A stretch of 60,247 bases of DNA from a virus (taxonomy: Duplodnaviria > Caudoviricetes). The translations under genes were made by a program, and so were the position numbers. The notes under the pieces were generated by a model that saw only the letters and a list, made by a program, of their open reading frames with translations, searched no databases and was not told where the DNA came from. This document shows positions 38,201-46,177 of the stretch, piece by piece (within the stretch, counting starts at the first letter, position 1; each line of letters begins with the position of its first letter). The stretch lies in IMG/VR virus record IMGVR_UViG_3300033149_001001, positions 1-60,247 of that record. One strand, written 5' to 3'.

Positions 38201-38829
38201 AAAAAGTAATTGCGTATACCATGTTGGCTATTGTTCTTGTGGGCAGCGGTTGTATCGGCACTATCGCGGAGAACATCACCCCTGCCAACATTGACAATGG
38301 TGCAGTAAACTATGCAGTTGATGCCAACGTGGCTGAGCCGGACGAATATAGCGGCTACCCCAGCTTAGCAAAGTTGAAAAAGCTCCAACTTGATATCAAA
38401 AGTGCCCATGAACTAAATGGCTTGGAGCTACAGCAACTCGCGGAGAAAGAAAACCTCAAATTCAACCTGCTGAGCGGTATCGTCTCGACGGACATAGAAA
38501 TTGCTCAAGCTCGCGAAGAGCTTTTGTTCGGACCTACTGGAGCCGTGGCAATTGGCTTGAGCCTCTTGGGCGTATCGGCCGGTGGCTATCTTGGACTCAT
38601 GAGAAAGCGACCAAAAGACCTTAGCCCCGAAGAAGTTGAATCGGTAATGGCTGAAATCAAGGGCGAAGTCACAAAAAAAGATCGAGCACTTATTCAGCTT
38701 GTTGGTCAACTACAAAAGGTGATCGAGGCCAAACCAGAAGCGGAACGGCGAACTTATCTGGAAAGCCTCAAGGCCGAACAACTTCCGGAAACCAGAGCGG
38801 TCGTCAAGGCGGCGAAGGCCGCATCATAA
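38197..38829 (+). CDS. Predicted lipoprotein with an internal transmembrane segment
   Basis: MKK + hydrophobic core + GSGC lipobox-like site; AVAIGLSLLGVSAGGYLGL helix. Confidence 0.65.
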   Translation: MKKVIAYTMLAIVLVGSGCIGTIAENITPANIDNGAVNYAVDANVAEPDEYSGYPSLAKLKKLQLDIKSAHELNGLELQQLAEKENLKFNLLSGIVSTDIEIAQAREELLFGPTGAVAIGLSLLGVSAGGYLGLMRKRPKDLSPEEVESVMAEIKGEVTKKDRALIQLVGQLQKVIEAKPEAERRTYLESLKAEQLPETRAVVKAAKAAS

Positions 38830-38880
38830 CACAATTGCAACCGGGCCCGGAATAGGCCGGGCCTATTTGGAGATAAGAAG

Positions 38881-39198
38881 ATGATAGAGACCTTATTTGC
38901 AATTGTAACAGTAATCGCCTTCCTGGCCCTGCTCGGATACGGGCTTCTCAGCAAGGTTGAAGCGGCAACTCGAAAGACCCAAAGGCACGTTTACTATCGT
39001 CACCACGATGCTTCTGTCTGGGTCCGCCAAGACCTAAAAGGGCGGCACCGAGAGCATTGCTTGTGCTATGAGTGCTCAAAGTTCAAGCCCGGCAAACAGG
39101 ATCATTGCCGCAGGGCCATCGACAATTACGATTGGTGTGTCAAATACGACATGGTTTCTCCTGTTTGGGAGTGCCCCAGCTTTCGATTGAAGGATTAG
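38881..39198 (+). CDS. Membrane-anchored Cys-rich hypothetical protein
   Basis: N-terminal TM, CLCYEC...C...EC. Confidence 0.6.
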   Translation: MIETLFAIVTVIAFLALLGYGLLSKVEAATRKTQRHVYYRHHDASVWVRQDLKGRHREHCLCYECSKFKPGKQDHCRRAIDNYDWCVKYDMVSPVWECPSFRLKD

Positions 39199-39203
39199 AC
39201 CCG

Positions 39204-40007
39204 ATGAAGACGTTGACGAACATCTTGTTTTTGGTAGTTCTGGCCATGATCGTGGGAATGACCGCATGGCAAGAGCAGGACATCATTGATCTGAAACTCC
39301 GGGCCTACAACGTGGAGAATGGCTTGGTGGCCGCTGCGGGGTGGTGCCAGAAGGTTCAAGGTAGGCTTACCGATCTTGAGGGTGGGTTGACTTCCATTGA
39401 GGGTGGGTTGACTTCCGTTGAGGGTGGGTTGGCCTCGGTAAAGGGTGGGTTGGACCCTGCAAAAGGTGGGTTGACTATTGATGACATCATGGGGGCCTCG
39501 GTGCGGATCGTAATTGGTGCCGGGATGCGGATGACTGCGGGAACCGGAGTTTTTGTATCCGAAACCGTCATTTTGACTGCAAAGCATGTCGCGACAGCCG
39601 GAAATATCCGGTCGATAACGAACGGCAGAGGAAAGACCTTCACCGTAGTAGAAGTTCGCAAAGATGCAAATGATGATCTGGCAATCATCATTGTCGCAGA
39701 GCGAAATGAATTCTGGCTGGAGACCGGGCCCCGCCCGGCTCTTGATGATTCGATCATATCAATTGGCTCTCCGTTCGTGGGGATAAATACCTACTTTACC
39801 ACGGCACGGGGCTGCGTGTCAACAGAAAAATGGTGTAACGGCAAATTCTTCTTTCATGGCTTGGCCATCCCCGGCTGTAGTGGTGGACCCGTAATCGCCC
39901 ATGGGACTGTCGTGGGCATCGTCATACAGAAGCACTTCGACACGGGTTCCCTCGGCCTCGCTCTGCCTATAGAACGACTGGACCTGGACCTACGGGCCCT
40001 ATTCTGA
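39204..40007 (+). CDS. Membrane-anchored trypsin-like (S1) serine protease with heptad-repeat stalk
   Basis: Catalytic triad ILTAKHV, DDLAII, GCSGGPV; N-terminal TM. Confidence 0.85.
   Translation: MKTLTNILFLVVLAMIVGMTAWQEQDIIDLKLRAYNVENGLVAAAGWCQKVQGRLTDLEGGLTSIEGGLTSVEGGLASVKGGLDPAKGGLTIDDIMGASVRIVIGAGMRMTAGTGVFVSETVILTAKHVATAGNIRSITNGRGKTFTVVEVRKDANDDLAIIIVAERNEFWLETGPRPALDDSIISIGSPFVGINTYFTTARGCVSTEKWCNGKFFFHGLAIPGCSGGPVIAHGTVVGIVIQKHFDTGSLGLALPIERLDLDLRALF
39378..39475 (+). repeat. Five 21-bp repeats with core (A)GGGTGGGTTG inside the protease gene
   Basis: Cores at 39380, 39401, 39422, 39443 and a variant at 39464. Confidence 0.9.
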
Positions 40008-40032
40008 AAACACTCCTCCATCTCTCCTCCGG

Positions 40033-40058
40033 TGCCGGGGCCCTCCCCGGCATTTTTT
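40033..40058 (+). terminator. Rho-independent terminator
   Basis: TGCCGGGG-CCCT-CCCCGGCA-TTTTTT. Confidence 0.85.
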
Positions 40059-40068
40059 CATTTTTCAC

Positions 40069-40097
40069 TTGCATAGATTTAATCTATGTAGTATACT
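40069..40097 (+). promoter_or_regulatory. Early-type promoter with palindromic spacer
   Basis: TTGCAT-N17-TATACT; CATAGATT-T-AATCTATG inverted repeat. Confidence 0.75.
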
Positions 40098-40147
40098 TTA
40101 CGTAGATAGAACGAAATCGATTCAGACAGCCATTATAGGAGACCGAA

Positions 40148-40564
40148 ATGCCCAGAGGAGTCTATTGCAACTCGGATGCGGTGCTTACAGTTCATATCGA
40201 TAGCTCCGTGTGGTCTGAGCCTGATGATCCAGACGCGGCGGACTATTGGAAGGCTTGTGTGGATGGAACTATGTTATGTATCGAAACTCGCTGGCCGTCA
40301 TTCGTCAAGTGTGACCGTTGGGCAGGACGCGAAGAGCACGTTATGCTGGAGAATGACCATGCGGAAATAGTAGTTTACGAGTATTGTGGCATGACGTCAA
40401 TCTCGCTGGTGCCATCCAACGAACACCAGCCGGAAATCGCAGAGCATTGGTGCAACCAAATTGCTCCGGGACTACAGGAGATGATCGACAGGCTCTTCCC
40501 CAATCATACATACAATCGGACAAGCGAATACACCATGAGCAAGCGGAAGGTAGTAACACCATGA
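40148..40564 (+). CDS. Hypothetical protein
   Basis: AGGAG RBS downstream of a promoter. Confidence 0.6.
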   Translation: MPRGVYCNSDAVLTVHIDSSVWSEPDDPDAADYWKACVDGTMLCIETRWPSFVKCDRWAGREEHVMLENDHAEIVVYEYCGMTSISLVPSNEHQPEIAEHWCNQIAPGLQEMIDRLFPNHTYNRTSEYTMSKRKVVTP

Positions 40565-41025
40565 CAGACCGGTGGGACGCAAAAACTTACAGGCCCTTGG
40601 GGCGTGACTTTCAACGCACCAAAGTCTATAAAGCAGAACGCGAATTCAGAGTATGGCAGAATGAGACATCAATGATAGGTGAACAGATTCACTGCTACGC
40701 TCTCAGTGTTGTTCAAGATCGTTGGCTGATCGACCGATTCGGGGAAATCCGATTTAAGGTTCAAACATCTGGCCGACGCAAGTATACCGCGTGCTGTAGC
40801 AAGAGCCGTAAGGATGGAACCTTTACGTTGAAATTCCCGGCCAAATCTTCTTGGATAACGAGAGTCGTTGTTCTGCATGAATTGGCCCATATCATTACAG
40901 ATGGCCAACATCACGGCCCGATTTTCTGCTTAGTCCTCTTGCAACTTGTCATACATTTCTTAGGTGCTGACGCGGGCCATGAGTTCTACAAACAATATCG
41001 GATGCAGGGAGTCCACTTATGCTGA
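40561..41025 (+). CDS. HExxH metallohydrolase (SprT/TIGR04338-like)
   Basis: RDFQRTKVYKAE, VVLHELAH and HGPIF motifs; ATGA overlap. Confidence 0.75.
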   Translation: MTDRWDAKTYRPLGRDFQRTKVYKAEREFRVWQNETSMIGEQIHCYALSVVQDRWLIDRFGEIRFKVQTSGRRKYTACCSKSRKDGTFTLKFPAKSSWITRVVVLHELAHIITDGQHHGPIFCLVLLQLVIHFLGADAGHEFYKQYRMQGVHLC

Positions 41026-41089
41026 CCCTACATAGAGCACGCTGGCTCCTGGTCCGATAATAGAATCTCGCTAATTCAGGAAATTTTAC

Positions 41090-41118
41090 TTGCATGGATG
41101 TGATCTATGCTGTATACT
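41090..41118 (+). promoter_or_regulatory. Early-type promoter upstream of the structured RNA region
   Basis: TTGCAT-N17-TATACT. Confidence 0.75.
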
Positions 41119-41123
41119 ATACA

Positions 41124-41185
41124 CAGTGGTTGGCAGTGAGAGACACGCCAAACGAGGCAAAAGTCAGGTTCATGACCAACCACTG
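41124..41185 (+). ncRNA. Long irregular hairpin at the predicted transcript 5' end
   Basis: CAGTGGTTGG/CCAACCACTG perfect 10-bp stem, extended by bulged pairs. Confidence 0.5.
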
Positions 41186-41224
41186 CTCTTTGATAATTGA
41201 ATGCGGGAGTAGCCCGCTATTTAT

Positions 41225-41395
41225 ACCCGTGTAGCTTATTTGATTAAAGCGTTTATGCCCTTGCCTATGGATAGTTGAATTGATGCCTGGGGCCCCGGCC
41301 ATTGAACTCTCCATAGGATCGGAGCCTTGTGGGAGGCCTCCCACAAAGTCATCGCAAGGTATAAGAGAAGGCTGGTTTGAATCCTCCCACGGGTG
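41225..41395 (+). ncRNA. tRNA-like RNA with the anticodon loop replaced by a 104-nt structured insert
   Basis: Acceptor ACCCGTG/CACGGGT, U8-A9, D stem GCTT/AAGC, anticodon-stem equivalent TTTAT/ATAAG, 5-nt variable loop, T loop TTTGAAT; T stem has 2 mismatches; no CCA. Confidence 0.65.
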
Positions 41396-41418
41396 TTTTT
41401 GTAGAAAGGAAAAGCACT

Positions 41419-43194
41419 ATGGAAGTCACGATAGAGATGAAAGTTCGGGCGACCATCAACATGCCCGAAGGATACGAAACCGACGACTTGTATGAGCGAG
41501 CCGAAGAAGTTTGGGCTCACGGAGAAGTTGTCAATCTGGAGGAACTTTGATGGCAATTGCAAAAAAGTGTCTTGCGTGCGACCACTATCGCAATACTTGC
41601 GTCGGCAAGAGTAACCCTTGCCCGGACTGGACTGCAATCAACCTCACACCGGAATCGAAGGTTGAAGTCACGATAGTGCCGAAGGCCAGCATTCCGGAGC
41701 CAGAACCGAAGGTCGAAACTACGCCGAAAGACGGCGAAAGCCCGTCCCAGAAATTCGACAGGATCGGTCAAAAGCGACAAGCCCAAGCCTTGGAAGCGAT
41801 ACGCAAGCTTGGGCACTTGACAAGCCACTATCGTCGCAAGAGAACCGGAATCACGGCCTACACGTACGAGTGGACCGAAGAAATGGCTTTGGAACTTGTG
41901 CGACCTATCGAAGAAGCATTGGAGGCGTTGAAGGATGAACTGCTGGGATGCGATAGCCCAAGAGAGCACGGCCTTATTGAGGAGAAGTGAGATGCTGAGA
42001 GTCAAAGTCAACGATTTGGTCCTGATTGTTGGGGCTGACGATATGCCAGTGCAAGGAGTAGTTGTGGAAATTATGAGCCCCAGTATTGCCAAGGTCAAAA
42101 CGACAACTGGCGTCCGCACAATCTTCATGTCTGCCCTACACGTACTCAACAGACCAGAGGAGGTGACAGCGTGAATATCTGCCCAGACAGATGTGCTGTG
42201 TGTCTATCCTGTGCTCACGCTCGGCCTCACGAGAAGATTGATGATTGCTCACATACACGGTTTCGCTGCGACGAGAAGCCCAACAAGCTTCACCGTTGTA
42301 GGAAGTGGAAGCCGGTACTGAGCCGGTACTTGATCCAGAACAAGAAGAGTACGTTTATCGTGTCTGGCGTTGTGGCTGATTCCGTGCTTTCGAGCTTGAT
42401 AGATATGTATGGCACTTCGGCCAAAGGGGACGTTTGTGGTAACCAACGCAGGGTATCTCTGCCGATGTGGTTACGAGAAACTTTTGAGTTGGGGAGAATC
42501 TGATGGAGTTCCCGATCTATCGAATCGAATTTGATCTGAACATTATTGACCAAAAAGAGCCTATACAGTGCCGACAGGAGATGATGCTACAGACCAAATT
42601 CGCGAATGGGGATGAGGCCCTGGCGTCTCTTCGTCGGATGGCCCGAAGCTTGGCAGATGTCCTTGGTGTAGAAGATTTAGTCGAAAGCTGGGAAGGCTCT
42701 ATTGTATTCGCCAGGATGGATACATGGTGCTCGCACTGGAATAGCCACTACTGTTATCGCCGATTTCCTACGCCCGCCGACGCCTTATCGTCCTTTGTGG
42801 AGTACAAACGTCGGCATCCAGAGGAAGTGTCAACGCCCCCGGAAGACTGGCATATCTGCCCGTGCGAAACCTGTAAAGCCTTGGGCAGGACAGTGGTTCT
42901 TCATTGGCATTTTTTGGGAGTGGACGAATGCAAAACATGTTTCTCAGTATCGTTATAATAGTCTTCGTGCTCTGGCTTGAGCGTGATCTATTCATGGCGA
43001 CCGTAAGCCCGCTTATTTACGCTTCGGCGTGCTGGGTTTTTGCAGTAATCTTCTTAGCGTTAGGAGTGGCTGAAATACTCCTAACTATTTTAGCTCCGAT
43101 TGCTCTTTTACTCGGCATTGAAAGCCGAACATGGCATACCGCAATCCTCAACAAAACCCTATCGTTTTTGAAAGGAATTGGCCGTGACGATTAA
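41419..43194 (+). other. Run of small hypothetical ORFs (41419..41550, 41550..41990, 41992..42174, 42171..42503, 42503..42958, ~42904..43194 membrane protein)
   Basis: Translationally coupled + strand ORFs, several Cys-rich. Confidence 0.55.
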
Positions 43195-43732
43195 AGAACT
43201 TTTCGACCTTCAATGTCAACTTAACCGGTATACGGGGTTCGATGACGAACACTTCGCCGAGGCATTTTGTGGCAAAGCTGCTCATGGAAGTATAGAACTT
43301 GCAGCCCATGAATTAGCTAAAATCGAATCCGGCCAGTGGATCGACAATTTCTTGAAGGCTATGGCCTCCGAAATGGAGGAGCTTCGCAATTGCACTTACT
43401 GGAAGCACTGGTGCTCCGAAGCCCAGGGTGGGGAGCGGTACAAGGTTAGGGACGTAACGTCAGCACGCAAAGAGATCATCGACATGTTGCACTTCTGGAT
43501 CAACTTGGCTCAGGCAGTTGGTATGACTCCGGAGATGGTTGAGGAGATGTACCAAGCAAAGCTGATCCAGAGTATCCAGAGGCAGAAAGATGGCTACTCC
43601 ATCGAAATCAAGAACGCGGCCTGGAAGATGTATCTGGAAGACATGCCTGAGGGTGAGGCCGTGGTATCGTTCGAGGATTTGAGCGATATTCAGCAGCAAG
43701 TATATTTGAGCTTAGCTAAATTAGGGGCATGA
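43178..43732 (+). CDS. Dimeric all-alpha dUTPase (dUTPase_2 family)
   Basis: SEMEEL..WKHW...KEIIDMLHF...Y..K...RQ..GY motifs. Confidence 0.8.
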   Translation: MAVTIKELFDLQCQLNRYTGFDDEHFAEAFCGKAAHGSIELAAHELAKIESGQWIDNFLKAMASEMEELRNCTYWKHWCSEAQGGERYKVRDVTSARKEIIDMLHFWINLAQAVGMTPEMVEEMYQAKLIQSIQRQKDGYSIEIKNAAWKMYLEDMPEGEAVVSFEDLSDIQQQVYLSLAKLGA

Positions 43733-44895
43733 CTATGGAAGCCGTATGGCACACAAGGACACAAGTCCCTGCAATGTTTTGGCTGCCGCCTGATGAACTG
43801 AGTATAGACTGCCAAAATCAAGTCAGGAACCTAATGCGACTGCCATTTGCGATTCACCATATCGCGATTATGCCTGATGCCCATGTCGGCTATGGTATGC
43901 CCATCGGAGCAATTTTGGCGACGAAAGACGTCGTGGTTGTCAACGCCGTGGGTGTTGATATTGGTTGTGGAATGTTGGCCTCTCGATTGATAGATGTCCC
44001 CGAACTTGAGAAGCGGCTGCCGGAGATTCGACACAAGATCATGCAGCGAGTGCCGAGAGGCTTCAAAAAGCATGAGACGCCACGCGATGATGCAAACCTA
44101 CCTGACCTACCTCACTCCCATCTTGTGCGAAGTCAGGCAGTTAATGCCATGCTACAACTCGGCACTTTGGGCGGTGGAAATCACTTCATCGAAATACAGC
44201 GGGCGAAGGACGGCGGCGTTTGGGTGATGATCCACAGTGGCTCACGAAACCTCGGCAAACAGGTATGTGATTACTACAACGCCTGGGCTAAGGATGACAA
44301 CATCGCGAACTTCTCGCGGGTTGACCCCAAATGGGATTTGGCATTTTTCCACCAAACTCATAACGGATTTAAGGAATATATGGCTGACATGAACTTCTGC
44401 ATCGCCTACGCAGAAAGGAATCGACGTCTGATGCTACATTCCGTCGTAGAAGTGTTTCGGGAGTTTTGGCCAGACATGACCTTTGTCTCAGCCATCGACA
44501 TTTGCCACAACAGTGCTGCAATCGAAAACCACTACAGGCAGAACATGATTATCCACAGGAAAGGTGCTGCCGGGCCTTTACGAAAGAACTACGGAATCAT
44601 CCCCGGATCAATGGGGACTCCATCATACATTGTACGAGGTAGAGGGTCTGCGGCTGCGTACTTCTCGACATCGCACGGGGCCGGGCGGCGGATGGGCCGC
44701 AAAGAAGCCCAGAGAGCATTGAGTCTCGCAGAACAGCAGGCGAAGATGGGCGGTATTGCCCATGGGTTGGCGACTCTTTGCCAGTTAGATGAAGCCCCTG
44801 ACGCCTACAAGGACATTCACATAGTCATGAATCGACAAACCGACCTATGTGAGACCTTGGCTGAATTAACGCCTCTGGCCTCGATTAAGGGGTAA
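43729..44895 (+). CDS. rtcB: RtcB RNA ligase
   Basis: MPDAH, VGVDIGCG, GGGNHF, HSGSR, HN, HRKGA, PGSMG, SHGAGR, DEAPDAYK and C-terminal KG all present. Confidence 0.95.
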   Translation: MTMEAVWHTRTQVPAMFWLPPDELSIDCQNQVRNLMRLPFAIHHIAIMPDAHVGYGMPIGAILATKDVVVVNAVGVDIGCGMLASRLIDVPELEKRLPEIRHKIMQRVPRGFKKHETPRDDANLPDLPHSHLVRSQAVNAMLQLGTLGGGNHFIEIQRAKDGGVWVMIHSGSRNLGKQVCDYYNAWAKDDNIANFSRVDPKWDLAFFHQTHNGFKEYMADMNFCIAYAERNRRLMLHSVVEVFREFWPDMTFVSAIDICHNSAAIENHYRQNMIIHRKGAAGPLRKNYGIIPGSMGTPSYIVRGRGSAAAYFSTSHGAGRRMGRKEAQRALSLAEQQAKMGGIAHGLATLCQLDEAPDAYKDIHIVMNRQTDLCETLAELTPLASIKG

Positions 44896-44918
44896 AGTAC
44901 GTATTGCCGATTTTTCGC

Positions 44919-44947
44919 TTGCTTTCTATCGATCTATGTAGTATACT
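44919..44947 (+). promoter_or_regulatory. Early-type promoter
   Basis: TTGCTT-N17-TATACT, sharing ATCTATGTAG with the 40069 promoter. Confidence 0.75.
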
Positions 44948-44973
44948 TTAAGTATATTAGAAAGGAGATCGAA

Positions 44974-45282
44974 ATGGAGATACTTGTTGATGACATCAGA
45001 ACTTTCGGTGTGGACATCATTGCCCGAAACTACAGTGCGGCCCAAAAAGTTGTGTTGGGCTGTGGCACTGAGATCGACGTGTTGTGGCTGGATCACGATC
45101 TGGGAGAGGAAAAGACTGGATATGACCTGATTCAATGGATGATGCAGATTCAGTACAAACCTCGGAAAGTTCGCATTGTCTCATTGAATCCCGTAGGTCG
45201 CGAGAACATCACCAAGTGCCTTAAAGCGAACAGCTATACCCTAACGTGGGATGGCTGGTTCATTCTTGCAGAGGAGTACTGA
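44974..45282 (+). CDS. Cyclic-phosphate-processing receiver-like domain protein
   Basis: DDIR...LDHDLG..TGYD..W....SxNPVG pattern; adjacent to rtcB. Confidence 0.75.
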   Translation: MEILVDDIRTFGVDIIARNYSAAQKVVLGCGTEIDVLWLDHDLGEEKTGYDLIQWMMQIQYKPRKVRIVSLNPVGRENITKCLKANSYTLTWDGWFILAEEY

Positions 45283-46100
45283 TGAATTGTCCAAGCTGCG
45301 GTGCCTTTATCGACATGAGTTACCGAGCGTGCCCGAACTGTGGCACGGTCCTTGCAACTTTGAGCATGACACGCGAGGAAAGCCCGAACATTCAACAACT
45401 TCCTAAGACGTGCCGCCCCCACATCTGGGTCTGCGAAGAATGCGGGGAACTCTATACCGATGCGGGTGGTGATGCCCGGCCGATATGTGAGGAATGCGGA
45501 GAAGTATTATCCGCATTGCAGGTTTTTCACTCACGAGTTCGCGGGGCCGGGGTCAAAGCGGACCTGGACTTGGGACTTACATTACTTTTGGAGGCACAGT
45601 CATGAAACATAAATGCAAATATCTTATCAAGGCGAAAGGCCATGGGAAAGATTGGTGTACCTGGACGGGTTCTGAGGCCGACTGCAAGCACTGTGGTATC
45701 AGTGCGGACGACCGATACGGAAGGATGGTTTCTAATGACCGAAAAGCATAAACTGCGGCTTTGCCCAGTATGCAATATGATCGTTGTCTCTGGGAAGCAC
45801 GAGACTGGTGGCTCGAAGTGCCTGGAGGAGTTAGGGATAGAAGCCCAGCGGGTTGCGTTATCGCTGCTACCATTTTGGAAGGCCATAGCTCTGCGGCACA
45901 ACGGCTTTAACCCGGAAACGGGCCTTGATGAGCCTACGCCAAAACAAGCCGTGGACGAACTCATGGCCGAAGCCGTGGAACTTCACGCATCCGAGATTGA
46001 GATACGGATATGTGACATCCTGAATACCTTCGCTGACGACGGCCCTGGGATAGAGCGGGCCCTGCGAGCACTGGCAAAAGAAGAAAGATGGATTGTATAA
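45282..46100 (+). other. Small Zn-ribbon/Cys-rich ORFs (45282..45605, 45602..45751, 45735..46100)
   Basis: Multiple CxxC pairs; coupled starts. Confidence 0.55.
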
Positions 46101-46114
46101 TTTCCAGAATAAAC

Positions 46115-46143
46115 TTGCATGTCACCTGCTTTTGTAGTATACT
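46115..46143 (+). promoter_or_regulatory. Early-type promoter
   Basis: TTGCAT-N17-TATACT. Confidence 0.75.
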
Positions 46144-46177
46144 TTAATTAGTAAAAGATAAAGTAGGAGACAGAGAG

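Noticed and set aside
41225-41395. Ordinary intron-containing tRNA or tmRNA
   Set aside because: No splice choice gives a U33/purine-37 anticodon loop; too short for a group I intron; no G3:U70 pair or tag ORF, and a full D stem is present
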